DNA from: Octopus vulgaris
Lineage: Eukaryota
Assembly (NCBI GenBank): GCA_951406725.2
Contig: OX597824.1
Location: 29,512,001-29,576,000 of the forward strand
Direction: 5' to 3'
Length of the DNA stretch: 64,000 nt
Position 1 is the first letter of the stretch. Each line of letters starts with the position of its first letter. This document shows positions 39,893 to 54,538 of this stretch, in pieces. The translations under genes and the position numbers were made by a program. The notes under the pieces were generated by a model, which did no database searches, was not told the origin of the DNA, and saw only the letters and a list, made by a program, of their open reading frames with translations.

Positions 39893-40135
39893 CTGTGTAT
39901 GCGTGTGTGTCTGTGAGTGTGCGTGTGCCTGTGTGTATGTATCCGTGTGTCTTTGCGTTTCTCACCAACACAGCTTGAGAACAAATGTTCGTTTGCTTAC
40001 GTCCTCGTAACTTGGTGGTTCAGCAAAAAAGACCTATAGAATAAGTTCTGGGGTTGATTTATTCGAGTAAACGCTTCAATGAGGCGCCCTCCTCCTCATG
40101 GCCGCCATCCAATGACTGAAACCAATGAAAGATAA
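39220..40135 (+). mobile_element. Two diverged CORE-like SINE copies (~39220-39620 and ~39690-40135)
   Basis: GTGAGTGGATTTGG..GAAAC and ATGACTGAAAC landmarks. Confidence 0.65.
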
Positions 40136-40258
40136 AATATACGCAAACACATGTACACGTATGTAGGTATAGTCGTGTATGTGTGTTTATGTTTGTGTGT
40201 GTGTGTGTGTGTATGTTCATCGAGTTATATGTCTATATATACATATAAACACACTCGT

Positions 40259-40505
40259 GGAGGCGCGTGGCTTAGTGGTTAGGGTGTCAGCATCATGATC
40301 GTATGATTGTGGTTTCGATTCCTGGACTGGGAGACGCGTTGTGTTCTTGAGCAAAACACTTCAGTTCACGTTGCTCCAGTCCACTCAGCTGGCAAAAATG
40401 AGTAACGCTGCGATGGATTGGCGTCCCATCCAGCTGGGGAACACATACGCCATAGAAAGCGGAAAACCGGGCCCATGAGCCTGGCTGGGTTTAAAAGGGC
40501 GCATT
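40259..40505 (+). mobile_element. tRNA SINE with V-domain-like block
   Basis: GGAGGCGCGTGGCTTAGTGGTTAGG...GGTTTCGATTCC...GTTCTTGAGCAAAACACTT...CCAGTCCACTCAGCTG. Confidence 0.8.
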
Positions 40506-40696
40506 TATTTTTTTATAAACGCACTCACATAAACACACGCACACATATTCAGTTTTCGTGTACTATATTACATTCACGAAGTATTCTTCAATCTGTTTCT
40601 ATAACTATACAAATAGACTCAACAGACTTGGTCGCCGTGCCATACTGTGGGAATAAATTCGAAGCCACCTTGTCTCAAGGTAAATGTCTTCACCTG

Positions 40697-41070
40697 TGGA
40701 AGCACTCCGTCGGTTACGACGATGAGGGTTCCGGTTGATCCGAATTAACGGAACAGCCTGCTCGAGAAATTAACGTGTAAGTGACTGAGCACTCCACAGA
40801 CACGTGCACCCTTAACGTAGTTCTCGGGGATATTCAGCGTGACAAAGAGAGTGACAAGGCCGGCCCCTTGAAATACAGGTACAACAGAAACAGGAAGTAA
40901 GAGTGAGAGAAAGTTGTGGTGAAAGAGTACAGCAGGGATGACCACCATCCCCTGCCGGAGCTTCGTGGAGCTTTTAGGTGTTTTCGCTCAATAAACACTC
41001 ACAACGCCCGGTCTGGGAATCGAAACCGCGATCCTATGACCGCGAGTCCGCTGCCCTAACCACTAGGCCA
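40697..41070 (-). mobile_element. OR-type tRNA SINE
   Basis: Reverse complement of 664-1043. Confidence 0.85.
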
Positions 41071-41675
41071 AAAAAAATGTCTTCACCACATAACCGTGTC
41101 TGCCTCTATTCTTTCAAGAAAACCCATTACTTAGTGAGTGAAGAGTTGTTCAAATCTTGAATGATTTTCACCCACACCGGTAACCAATGCGTAATCTAAG
41201 TGAATAGTAGGATTTTTTCGTTGCTGTTATACTACGCTCACCTGGTTGCACTTGGTTGCACTTGACCGCACTTAGTTGTAATCGACTAATTACAATTTGA
41301 CGTATTTTCTAACGCATTACAATTCCCGAGTGGTTGCGAATCGCTTCATTAATCGCTTAAGTAGAATTGCGTATGGAACGTAATTACATACATATACACA
41401 TATGTGCGTATATATATTTATATCTATATTCATATATATATGACGTATGTCTCTCTCTTTCCCCCCCTCTCTCTATGTATATATATGTAAGTGTAGATGT
41501 ATGGTAAGAAACTTGCTTCCCAACCATATGGTTTGGGGTTCAGTCCCACTGTGTGGCAACTTGGGTGTTTTCTAGTATAGCTTCAGCCCGATCAAGGCCT
41601 TGTGAGTGGATTTGGTAGACGGAAACTGACAAGAAGCCCGTCGTATGTATGTATGTAGTTATGTATGTATGTATG

Positions 41676-41715
<40 letters not shown>

Positions 41716-42973
41716 TATACATATGCATATACATATATATAGACACACACTAGCCCGTCGTTGCTGGGCAATTTTTACAATAGAATGTCTTCTATGTATT
41801 CGATGTCAGACCATGACTTCCATGGCATATGGGCCTCTGGTTCAGGACAGATTTGTGCAATTTTTCACCAAAAATCTTCGTTGAGGATTTTTTTTCCTTC
41901 TTAAATTATTTACATGTCTGTTCGACCATTTCACATGACTTTATTCATTAAAACTCATTAAAACTTCAGAAGTTCTTACAAACATTGGTCGTCGACATGC
42001 TTTGTTTTCGTTTGTTTAATAAAAATTCCTTCTCGTAATGATTTTGCGTTCATTTTGTGATAAACAGCTATCACGCAGAAAGAGCCAGCTTCCAAATCCT
42101 GTTTCCTGATTAGGTAAAACTGATGAACTTCAAACCACACTAACATTTTTCTGCATTTTTTTTTTTAAACAAATAATTATAAAAATGGGATTTAACGTGG
42201 AAAATTATTTCAATATACCAAATTTGGAAATTTGACGTAGTTTTAAAATCGCACAATATGTGACAGCAACAGAGAAGACCCTACAAAAGTAGACAGACAG
42301 ACAGACAGTTATAGGATGTGACATACACGCAAACACACACACACACACACATTTACAAACGTACACACAACTAACCACGTGTTTAAAATAAGGTATAGAC
42401 ATATGTATGTACGTATGTATATATATATATATGTATGTCTATGTGTGTCTGCGTGTGAGTGTTTTTTTGCGATGGACAGCAGAAAAGCCACCTACACCTT
42501 AAGGATTAAAGCTACGTATTCCTCACACCCACATTTATCTCCTTCCTCTGTGTTTTAAAAGTTACTTATATGCATATATGTGTGTGCGTGTGTGTGCATG
42601 TATCTATGCATTTACGAATGTATGCAGCGTCGCGTGTATATGATAGATGTATGAATGTTATCATCTCATTGCCACTCTATATTTGTCGCTTACAAAACGC
42701 TATTCTCCCCTCAATTAATATCAGTCACACTCACATCTGCTACTACATTTCCCATTTTGCATCCTTTTCATTTTATCATATAATTCTCCCAATCCCCTAG
42801 AGGCCCCGTTATCGATTTTTAGTGAAATCCAATTGACCTATTATTGAAATAGATGTTAGTTTAACATGTATGCGAAGTTTCGTGAAGATTGGTTTGCTTG
42901 TTCAGGCAGTAAGATGGTAAAAGACAGACAGACCGATAGATAGATAGAAATCGATAGATATAGATAGATGCAT

Positions 42974-43051
<78 letters not shown>

Positions 43052-43374
43052 ATGTATATATATATATATGTACACATCATTAAAATGCAAATTTACTGTG
43101 ATATTTGTCCGGAGATAACATCTCATATGGAAGTGATGTGTTTAAAAGCAATACATAACGGAGTGAAGCGAAGGTCGCCCCAACCACGATTTGCAAGATG
43201 CATTTCGGCTTGGTAACGCTTCGTCAATAGAGTGCATTCTTAGCCAGCCACAAGCTCATAACAAGATTTGTCGTCTCCTATATGTATTTGGCGAACAGTG
43301 AAAAACACACACTGGTAATGCAAATAGCCGCCCGGTAGAATTAAAATCCGTTTAAAGCCACTATACATACATTG

Positions 43375-43607
43375 GAGGCGGCGAGCTGGCAGAAACGTTA
43401 GCACGCCGGGCGAAATCCGTTGCCGTATTTCGTCTGCCGTTACGTTCCGAGTTCAAATTCCGCCGAGGTCGACTTTGCCTTTCATCCTTCCGGGGTCGAT
43501 AAATTAAGTACCAGTTACGCACTGGGGTCGATGTAATCGACTTAATCCGTTTGTCTGTCCTTGTTTGTCTCCTCTGTGTTTAGCCCCTTGTGGGTAGTAA
43601 AGAAATA
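43375..43607 (+). mobile_element. Full-length MetaSINE-like SINE with TSD
   Basis: TATACATACATTGGAGG duplicated at both ends. Confidence 0.9.
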
Positions 43608-44399
43608 TATACATACATTGGAGGGAGACGGAAATAGTCCAACCAGTGGCTAACGTGAAGTTGAGTTTTGGCCTCGGTAAAATGTGAGTTTTGAGTTTAG
43701 TCAAAAGTAACAAATATATTTGTTTTCGTTTTTCTGCTTAACCACATTATTTATGCAAGGTGGATGTCTTCAAATCCTGTTGAATTTTGTCTCCTCTCGT
43801 TATTTATTTGGCTAAGTCTGTTTCGTATTCACAAAAGGTCAAATCCTGATAATGTTTAAATTTCACTTCTTTCTTTTGTTTTTGTTTTCTTCACATGGAA
43901 AGGTCATTCTGAATTCAATAGCAACACGTGTCCATTGAAGGTTTGTTAGAGGTCAATAAACTTTATCAATAGACACACCACCACCACCACCACCCTCACC
44001 GCCACTGCCACCGCTATTGCCATCTTTATCGCTTTTTTTAATGTCAACCAGCACCAAACAGCAGATCTCTAACCAATCATATAACTCCTTTTTCATCAGA
44101 AGTAAATCTAATGTTGTTGCCCACTCTTAAGAAAACAACAATACTAACACCCCCCGCCAACGCCGCCGCCACCATCACCAGCAATACCACTAACAAGCCA
44201 AAGAGGGAGCCCGAATTTTTAGAAATGTCTGTCAAATCACGTTCAGATCAAACTCTATCGTCTTGAATATAGGAGTACCACGCTGTGGGACTGAACCCGA
44301 ATCTATATAGTTGGGAAACAAAACTCCTTACGACACAGCCATACCCACACCAATATACATATACATACACACACACATATATCTATCTATCTATCAATC

Positions 44400-44459
<60 letters not shown>

Positions 44460-45283
44460 TGTATACATATATATACACATATATCTATACACACATACAT
44501 ATGCGTGTGTATGAGTGTGTAGACGGCTAAGCATTCGTAAGTCAGGAAAAAATGCACTCCTATATCTGTCAGTACAGTGAATATATTAACCGAAGTGTAC
44601 GGTATTATATAACCATTATGGCTGAACTTACCAATAGGTTTCGCATTAGGAGTTCAAGGAGTCAGGTAACGGTTGGATTATGTAACTCTGCGCTTGTCAG
44701 AGATAGCCGCTATGCAAGGAAATATGGTGACTGCTCTCTATACATAGAGTACCATTACAGACATTCTGTTTCTACCAGAGTACCAACCTTAAGGATACAC
44801 GCAGTTCCCATAATTTCTCTTAACCAGAAAACTCCCACCGACTTGCAGCTCCCACAAAGATGGTGTTTTTGGCACCAACGGACATAACTCTGAAGTAAGC
44901 CTTTACTTGGTTCATTTTATCGTTTTTTACATAGCAACCACAAACCGGTTGTGTCTCTTTACCACCAACAATAGAGAGCAGTCGCCGTATTTCATTCCAT
45001 AACGGCTAACTCTGAAGAGCGCAGGGTAATGTAATCGGGTTGTTTGTTACGTAACATTCCGTTGAAACCCTAGTGCGAAGCCAATATGCAAGATCACGAG
45101 TAATGGATATATAATACTGTACACTACGACTAATATATTGTTGACTGCGACCATGCTGGAGCACCGCCTCAAAGGGTTTCAATCGACCCCCAGGACTTAT
45201 TTTTTGTAAGCTTAGAACTTATTCTATCGATTTCTTTTGTTGTTTATACACCTGTCTTCGTCTTTTGTTTTTCTGTAAATCTC

Positions 45284-45320
<37 letters not shown>

Positions 45321-46054
45321 CGAAACCCGGAGTAGGGACAACTGAAACAGGGACAACTGAAGAAGGGGAATATTCCTTGTGTTGTATGTCTTGTACTCTG
45401 TTTTTTTCGTTGTTTGAAAAAAAGTTCGTTTCTATGATTCTGTTTTTATGTTTCGTTTCGTTGAGTTCAACGTTTTCTTGATGTCCTGTACCCATATATG
45501 CATGTATATATACATATATATGTAGGTGTGTACATATATGTATGTATATATGCATATATTTATATATATATATATAATGATTGAATATATGTATATATAT
45601 ACACTCACATTAATTAGTGTATTGGGAAGTGTTTACAATACCTCATAAATATTGCTAAAATATATAAGCCTACAATTTGTTCTGACATTCAACGAATTAT
45701 ATCTTAACATGTTTGATCTTGATCATATACATACACACGCAAACAAACACTCATACAGATACATACAAGCGCATGCACAGACACTTATATTCACACTCAC
45801 AAGCTTATACATACATTAATATATTTTTGCTATATTCCTCTGTATTCAGCAAACGTTCTATATGTGATTTGCGAGCATAAATATGTGCTTGTCTGTGTTT
45901 ATGTATGTATGAAAATGTATATATTTATTTATATACATATATGTGTGTGTGCAAGTGCGCGTGTGCGCATACATGTGTGTGTGCGTGCGTGCGTGTGTAT
46001 ATTATATATATATGTGTGTGTGTGTTTGTATATTTATGTATCTATCTATCTACA

Positions 46055-46145
<91 letters not shown>

Positions 46146-46921
46146 ATAACTAGATAGATAGATAGACAAAGATCAAAGTCTACTACATTTACACATTTAT
46201 ATATCGTTTGGTATTTTTGCTCCTCCCCACCAAAAACAGACAAATTTTCATCACATTTTCTTATAGATATTATAAATGAACGTAATAACTGATCGCTGTT
46301 TATTTCTAGATTGGTTTGGAAATCCAACTTTGCTTTTGCCCTGTTGCATTTTCAACAGAGGTCTCATATGACTCACTTTCAATCAAATTCCTTCAAACTA
46401 GCCGTGAAGGAACGGAACTTTCCGCTTGCCGCACGTTTCTCCTCGTCGCTCCCTTTCAAAATGGTGTCCGATATGAAGTGTCGTCATCTTGTCTGTTACA
46501 TCCGGTCGTCTGCCTGGCAGACTGATATTTGTTCCATCTTACTGGCGTCAATATATTGTCTGTTTGGAAAGTATCACTGCTTTTATTTAATCTATCTTCT
46601 AATTCATTGCCATTATTTTCATATTACTTGTGTTTAACTGAATAATCGCACAGCACACATTTAATACAATATAAACATATTCCTAATCTCACAGGAACAC
46701 ATATGTATATACACACGCACGCAGAGATGCTAGTTCGTGGTATATTATATATACACACGTACATACACGTATATATGTATATACACAGGTATTTATAAAC
46801 AATCATCCCTGCATATAAGCCTCTCTCACAGTCTCTCTCTCTCTTTCTCTCTCACAGTCTCGCTCGCTGTCTCTCTCAACCTTCTCTCCCCTTCTCTCTC
46901 TCTGTATATAAATATATATAC

Positions 46922-46958
<37 letters not shown>

Positions 46959-47159
46959 AAGCGAGAGAGAGAGAGAGACAGGGACAGAAAGAGTTAGTGA
47001 GAGGGAAAGGCAGAGACAGTAGAAGAGAAAGTGTGTGAGAGACGTGTATGTGTGTGTATACTTAGATAGATAGATAGATAGATAGATAGATGGATAGATG
47101 GATAGATAGATAGATAGATAGATAGATAGACAGATAGATAGATAGACAGAGAGATAGAG

Positions 47160-47208
<49 letters not shown>

Positions 47209-47331
47209 CATACATAGATAGGTAGATAGGTAGATATGTAGACATATGTCGGTATATCAGCATCTGTGTGTATACATATATATGTATGTGTGTTTGTATG
47301 TACGTTTACTTGTTTGTCTGTTAATGCATCA

Positions 47332-47372
<41 letters not shown>

Positions 47373-48046
47373 AGTATACGTATATGTGTGTATGTATATA
47401 TGTGTCTGTATGTGTGTGTGTGTGTACATCGATGGATGCATTCATTTGTGCGAGAGCCTTCGTATGTGAATGAACGTGCGCGTGTATATGTGTATGTATT
47501 TCTCTGATTATTCTCGTTATTAATGTGTTTATGCTTCAGCTGTCTTCGAGAATGTGCAAGATATGTGATAAAACCCAAATTTGAAGTAAGTATAAGAACG
47601 TATGCGGATATAAATAGATCTATATATTTCGTCTAAGTGTATGTATGACTCTTCATGTATATGTGTTTGTGTGTGTGTGTGTGTGTATGTGTGTAAATGC
47701 ATATTCATAAGACGCCGATTTTGATACGCCTCCATATGGGTATCTCACTTTATCTCCCTCTCTCGCTATATATATATGTATATATAGATGATATATATAG
47801 ATATATGCATATACATATGTGTGTGTATTTAAGACATTCATCATTGAATTAGATGCGAATGCATCAAATTAAATCTTAAACATGAACTTTCATGTACATA
47901 TATACATACACATACACATACATATATACATACATGCGAATATAGATACATGCACACAATCATACATACATATAATTACATATATATATTTATCATATGC
48001 ATAAACGTATATGTTTGTATAAATATATATATTTATATATATATAT

Positions 48047-48470
48047 ATTCTGTAAATAATAATGATAGTAGTTTACAAGCTTAAAGCGGTCCCTGTGCAA
48101 TGATTAAGGAAAATCGTCTTATAATGGGGCATAAAAGCCCTCGACAGAAATAAGTAGTTTCTTCCTTACGCGAGGGAATCGAACTCATATACCTTTGTTT
48201 AGGCGACTAAGGTGTTATCGATTACACCAATGAATTAACCTTCTTTGTCCTATCATATTTAAGAACTGTATTAGTTCGTAGTTGTTTTTGTAAACAAACT
48301 TTCATGTGCTTTCGCTGCGAATGGTTTTGTTAAGCAGTATCGGGTTTTACAATCTGTTAATAATAACAATAGTATTTTATAAGCTTAAAGCTTATAGCAA
48401 TCACCACACAATGACTAAGAAAAACAGTCTAATAATGGAGCATATATGCCTTCCACAGAAAAATGTAGGT
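48047..48470 (-). repeat. ~305-bp tRNA-containing repeat unit plus a partial tandem copy (48353-48470)
   Basis: Inverted homolog of 50320-50625. Confidence 0.8.
48165..48236 (-). pseudogene. tRNA-Arg(CCT)-like pseudogene
   Basis: Minus strand TGGTGTAATCGATAACAC (D stem GTGT/ACAC), CCTTAGT CGCCTAA ACAAAGG anticodon arm, GAGTTCGATTCCC T arm. Confidence 0.55.
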
Positions 48471-48516
48471 TTTAATCTTATGAAATAATATCATTATTTT
48501 TATTATTATCATTCTT

Positions 48517-49043
48517 GAGTGAGAGAGCAGTGCATGCCATCAAAGTGACACTGGGGTAAAATATGCGAGGCCCAGTATAACCATCATGGCACATGCATCA
48601 CAACCATATGTGCGCGACATGGTGATCTCATATCAAGATAAACATCACATGATCTTGCATGTGGGACCCTGTTAGAATTTTCTTCTAGTCGAGTAGCCCA
48701 TCCCGCTCAAAAGGTCCTTGAATAAGGATTGTTTCAGGATGTTGGACAAACACCCATGTTTCCAAAGGTGAATTATCCAAACCTCCAACAATTCCTTTCA
48801 ACAAAGGGCTATGATGCTCCTCCACTACTTCTGCTCGTGATCAGAGTTGCACATATTGTCAGCCACTAAGGGACATGCTCAACTGGTTAAGGTCAAACAA
48901 CTGACAAGCAAATCTGTGGTATTTAGCAGAATATTTGCTGTAGCCCATCTTTTATACCAAGACAAAACAATGTACATGATAAAACTTCCAATCAGATAAG
49001 ATCAGAAGCCATGAGAGCCACTACCTAGTACTGCATCAGGGAA

Positions 49044-49083
<40 letters not shown>

Positions 49084-49097
49084 TATTATTATTATTA

Positions 49098-49137
<40 letters not shown>

Positions 49138-49620
49138 GAGTGAGAGAGCAGTTCATGCCATCAAAGTGACACTGGGGTAAAATATACGAAGCCCAATATA
49201 CCTATCATGACTACCCGTCTGATAAAGGTACACCAGGCACATGCATCACAACCATATGTGCGCGACATGGTGATCTCATATCAAGATAAACAGCACATGA
49301 CCTTGCAGGTGGGGCCCAGTTAGAATTTTCTTCAGGTTGAGTAGCCCATCCCGCTCAAACGGTCCCTGAATAAGGGTTGTTTAAGGATGTTGAAAGAACC
49401 ACCCATGTTTCCAGAGGTGAACTATTCAAACCCCAAAGAATCCCTCTCAACACATGGCTATGATGCTCCCCCACTACTTCTGCTCGTGATCAGAGATGCA
49501 CATATCGTCAGCCACTAAAGGACATGCTCAACTGGTTAAGGTCAAACAACTGACAAACAAATCTGTGGTATTGAGCAGAATATTTGCTGTAGCCCATCTT
49601 TTATACCAAGACAAAACAAT

Positions 49621-49622
<2 letters not shown>
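48517..49622 (-). mobile_element. Two tandem copies (48517-49045, 49138-49622) of a ~500-bp non-coding retroposon 3' segment in (TAA)n
   Basis: Both start GAGTGAGAGAGCAG..CATGCCATCAAAGTGACACTGGGG on +; on - each ends CTCTCTCACTC next to an AAT-rich tract; the other ends vary, as expected for 5' truncation. Confidence 0.75.
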
Positions 49623-49670
<48 letters not shown>

Positions 49671-49686
49671 ATTATTATTATTATTA

Positions 49687-49747
<61 letters not shown>

Positions 49748-49749
<2 letters not shown>

Positions 49750-50007
49750 TATGTTTGACTTTTGCTTTATGTCTGTACAAGTTGGCTCCAAGTCTCACCC
49801 AGAGACCTCAAGAGACAACAGGTTGGAAGTTCTGTGCCATATATTTGGGTGTTTTTTTTTTTTTGGTGTTGTACTAGTGAATGTCTAATACATAATAAAT
49901 AAATAAAATAAAATAAAATAAAATAAAATAAAATAAATAAATTTAAAAAAAGTTTGTTTTAAACCTTGGGATTACATAGAGAGTATTTTGCGTAGGATAT
50001 GGGCAAA

Positions 50008-50044
<37 letters not shown>

Positions 50045-50280
50045 ATTATTATTACTATTATTATTATCATTATCATTATTATTATTATCATTATTATTAT
50101 TATCATCATCATTATTATTATTATTATTCTATGTTTGACTTTTGCTTTATATTTGTACAAGTTGGCTCCAAGTCTCACCCAGAGACCTCAAGAGACAACA
50201 GGGTTGGAAGTTCATGTTGTTGTTATGCCTAGTGTGCCATATATTTGGGGGGTGGGGATGTTGTACTAATGAATGTCTAA
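49748..50280 (-). mobile_element. Two R4/Dong-type 3'-end fragments (49748-50005, 50128-50280) in (TTA)n
   Basis: First copy includes the ORF end AHILRKILSM* and the 3' UTR of the 3.2-4.9 kb element. Confidence 0.88.
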
Positions 50281-50319
50281 AAAAAAAAAAAAAAATTATT
50301 ATTATTATTATTATTATTA

Positions 50320-50625
50320 TTGTAAAACTCTGCATTGCTTAACAAAGCCATTCATAATGAAAGCACATGAAAGTTTGTTTACAAAAACAACTACGAACTA
50401 ATATAGTTCTTAAAATCTGATAAGAAAAAGCAGGTTAGTTCGCTGGTATAATAGCTAACACACTTAGTCGCGTAAACAAAGGTATGTAGGTTCGAGTCCC
50501 ACGCGTACGGGAAAAGCTACATTTTTCTGTCGAGGGCTTATAAGCCCCATTATTAGACTATTTTCCGTAGTCATTGCGCGGTGATCGCTTTAAGCTTATA
50601 AAATACTATTATAACTATTTACAGA
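50320..50625 (+). repeat. ~305-bp tRNA-containing repeat unit
   Basis: Inverted homolog of 48047-48352. Confidence 0.8.
50437..50509 (+). pseudogene. tRNA-like pseudogene (Arg-CCT-derived; loop now CGCGTAA)
   Basis: Acceptor GTTCGC/GCGTAC, A box TGGTATAATAGCTAA, B box GGTTCGAGTCC, TTTTT about 12 nt downstream. Confidence 0.55.
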
Positions 50626-50803
50626 AAAGTAAATCTCAATACTATTTTTAACAAACACGTATGCAGTGAAAGCATATATACACATATATATACATTTATG
50701 CATGCTTGCAACTTGATATCATTGTAAGCAATAATACCCTTATATATATTCCTGTATATGTGTGTGTTTGTATATATTCACCCACGCACACATACACACA
50801 CAT

Positions 50804-50842
<39 letters not shown>

Positions 50843-51356
50843 ATAAAACAATACTGGGAGGATAAGAAACGGAACGAAGCGAAGAATCGAACGAACCCGA
50901 CGCGAAGCGCTGTCAGACAATAGTGTAATAAATAAAATATATGCATACATACAAACATATATGTACTTACCTACATCTACATGTATATATACATGCATAT
51001 ATAAATATATATACGTACAGGACACCACAAAAAGACGTAGAACTCAACAGAAACGAAAACGGAAAAAACATTTTTTTACAACAGAAAGACAGAGACGTCA
51101 ATTGTTAGTTCTCTGCATTGAGTAGATAAAATACTTGTCGAAGAAAACGTATGTAAATTTTCATAGCTGTCGAATATGATGTATATAAACGTATTTCTCT
51201 TACGAAGAAAGTGTATATCAATGTGTAGAATCGTTAAATGGATGCGTGAAAATGTATATAGCTATTGGGGTAGGTGTATATAAAATGTATTTCATTCAGC
51301 GGGTATCAAAGTATGAAGTTGTTGGCTGTTTGGTAAGAATTTTGCTTCACAGCCAA

Positions 51357-51560
51357 GGCGGCGAGATGGCAGAAACGTTAGAACGCAGGGCGAAATGCTT
51401 AGCGGTATTTCGTCTGCCGTTATGTTCTGAGTTCAAATTCCGCCGAGGTCGACTTTGCCTTTCATCCTTACGCATTGGGGTCGATGTAATCGACTTAATC
51501 CCTTTGTCTCTCCTTGTTTGTCCCCTCTATGTTTAACCCCTTGTGGGCAATAAAGAAATA
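51357..51560 (+). mobile_element. MetaSINE-like SINE with 22-bp TSD, inserted into the head of a CORE-like SINE (to ~51900)
   Basis: TAAGAATTTTGCTTCACAGCCA duplicated on both sides. Confidence 0.85.
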
Positions 51561-51650
51561 AGAATTTTGCTTCACAGCCACATAGTTCCCAGTTCAGTTC
51601 CACTACGTGGCTCCTTGGGCAAGTGCCTTTTATTATAGTATTCGGCCGAC

Positions 51651-51683
<33 letters not shown>

Positions 51684-52387
51684 TGTGTCTGTGTCTGTAT
51701 TTGCCCGCCACCACCGCTTAAGAACAAGTGTTGGTGAATTTACGCCCCGTTAGCCTAGCGGTTCAGCAAAAGAGAAACGATAGAATACGAACCAACCTTT
51801 CAAGTAAAATAAGTACTGGGGTCGATTCATTCGATTTAAAGATTCTTCAGCACGGTGGCCCAGGATGGCCGCATTCAAATGACTGAAAATAGAAAAAGAT
51901 AAATTATAAGATGTACAGCTTTCGAAGAAGGTATATATAAAACTATGTGAGTGAGGAAAACTGTGTGCATAATAAATGTATACAGTCGTTAAACTTGATA
52001 TATATAAATGTATATAACTGTATGTGCATGAATGCATGAATGCTAATTAGAATTCTATGATTTTATGATTTCTCAGTTATGGCTTCAATAACTTGCAATG
52101 TTTGAGTTTGTAGACACTGGAGCTTGTGAGAAAGAGTTAGTGATCAATTTACAAATGTACTAATGAGCAATCAAAGATCGCTAATCACATACTCATTGTC
52201 AATATATAAATATTTAAAATTTCCACATTGAAGAAGTAAACGAAAAAAATAAAAAATATCATCGAACAAAATGAATATCGATATAGAATTACAAAATAAT
52301 TAGACACGCGTACGCGCACGCAAATGCATACGAACGTATACATTTAAACACATTTATATACATTTACACGCACACACACATGTGTGC

Positions 52388-52425
<38 letters not shown>

Positions 52426-52426
52426 G

Positions 52427-52459
<33 letters not shown>

Positions 52460-52493
52460 TGAGATAGATAGTTAGATAGATAGCTTGATTGAC

Positions 52494-52534
<41 letters not shown>

Positions 52535-52545
52535 TACCTTTACAC

Positions 52546-52600
<55 letters not shown>

Positions 52601-52696
52601 CACATAGATATATATATTTTTGTACCATTTGCTGTGACACTAATGAAATGCGTATACAAAATTATGTCACCTACTTTGCAGATATATATAAATATA

Positions 52697-52929
52697 TATT
52701 TCTATACTATCCACAAGGGGCTAAACATAGAGGGGAAAAACAAGGACAGACAAACGGATTAAGTCGATTACATCGACCCCAGTGCGAAATTGGTACATTA
52801 TTTATCGACCCCGAAAGGATGACAGGCAAAATCGACCTCGGCGGAATTTGAACTCAGAACGTAACGGCAGACGAGCTACCGCTAAGCATTTCGCCCGGCG
52901 CGCTAACGTTTCTGCCAGCTCGCCGCCTT
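52697..52929 (-). mobile_element. Full-length MetaSINE-like SINE
   Basis: Reverse complement of 43375-43607. Confidence 0.88.
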
Positions 52930-53762
52930 ATTATATATATATATGTATTGTTTTTATTTCTTTACTGTAGTTATTTTTTCTTACGTCCATTGTCCGAAAC
53001 TTTGTCGTCACACTTCTGTGACCTCTTCAGCGACTCCTTCCGTCCTGCTCCCCTTCGTCCATTCTGTCATTCTGTGATGTGTGACTTTATCTGTGAATGC
53101 GTTTGCATCTGTATCTGTGTATGTGCGCACGCACCCACATATATCTAAGCAGGTTGGCTGCTTATTTCTCTGGGACTGGTCAGAATGATGTTGACACTTC
53201 TTAGTCAAATAAGACTCGAAAATCGATGGATCCCTGTTCATTCCTTCTTTTTTCAATCTATGGAGAAAAGGCTAAATTTGCCGTTTTTGTATATCTATTG
53301 CATGGATTACATAAAAATCATTCACTGTTGTAGAGGTCAGTTGTCCAGCGGATGTGAATGTAGAATGAAAAGAGAGAGCATTTATGGCAAAATAATGTGC
53401 AACATATAGCTTATGTACCTTGACTATAAACTCTCATATGTGCATTCGGTTATATACAGATAAATTTCCACATAAAACTAGAAATATTCGGTTTCACAGA
53501 AAAACAACAATAAAAAACTTAGACGAATTCTCGAATTCCAGTCTATTAATTGGCACAGTAAGACATTCCAAAAGTTCTCCATCTGAGATTCTTATATGAA
53601 TAGATGCACATACTTTGGTCTATGCATAGAGAATACAACCAAAACAACCACTCAGCTATTTATTTAGAAACACCGAAATCTCTTTTAACTCAAGTCTTGT
53701 CGCTTTGTTAGCGACTAACTTGAACTTTTTCAAGTACTTAAATAAACTCAAAAAGATATACA

Positions 53763-53813
<51 letters not shown>

Positions 53814-54498
53814 AGAATTCACGAAAAAAACAAATGACGAAGACAGGTGGTGTACAAAACAAACAGATGTATTAGTATAACGCACAGGAATTGAAAAAGT
53901 CTTTTACGTTTCGAGCCTACGCTCTTCTACATATACATACGCTTGTGTGTATAGATAGACAGAGAGAGAGAGAGAGGGGAGAGAGGGGGAGAGGGGAGGG
54001 AGGGAGTTTGCTTTTACAAAGAAGGGGAACAGAGGTCTATGTCGGTAAATAATGGTGCGTAATTATTTAATTGCTGCGAATACTATAAGGGTTATTCGGA
54101 GAACTAGTTCCATACTAAAACTTTTTAAGTTCGGCTTTTCCATAGCCTGTATCTTAACGTAATTCTCATATCTACTAAATTTCCCTCTAGATAGGATTTA
54201 ATAAAGAATTCCTCTAGAATTAAGTTCTAACAAAATAGTATTTAGAAACTGAACACTGAAACCAATGGTGGCCCACGGAGAAACCAAGCAGTTCCAGTTA
54301 GTATCAAACTAGCTTGAAATGCCGAAAAGTATAGTCACCTTAAGATCGCAATGGCATGAAACGGGACCCGTGAGAATATTAGTTGAAATAAATATGATAC
54401 TCAAAACTATGTTTTGAATATCATCTTCGTCATTATAAACTATGATATTTTAATGAATATTGATATAAAAAAGAATAAAAAAATAGATAGACAGATAG

Positions 54499-54538
<40 letters not shown>

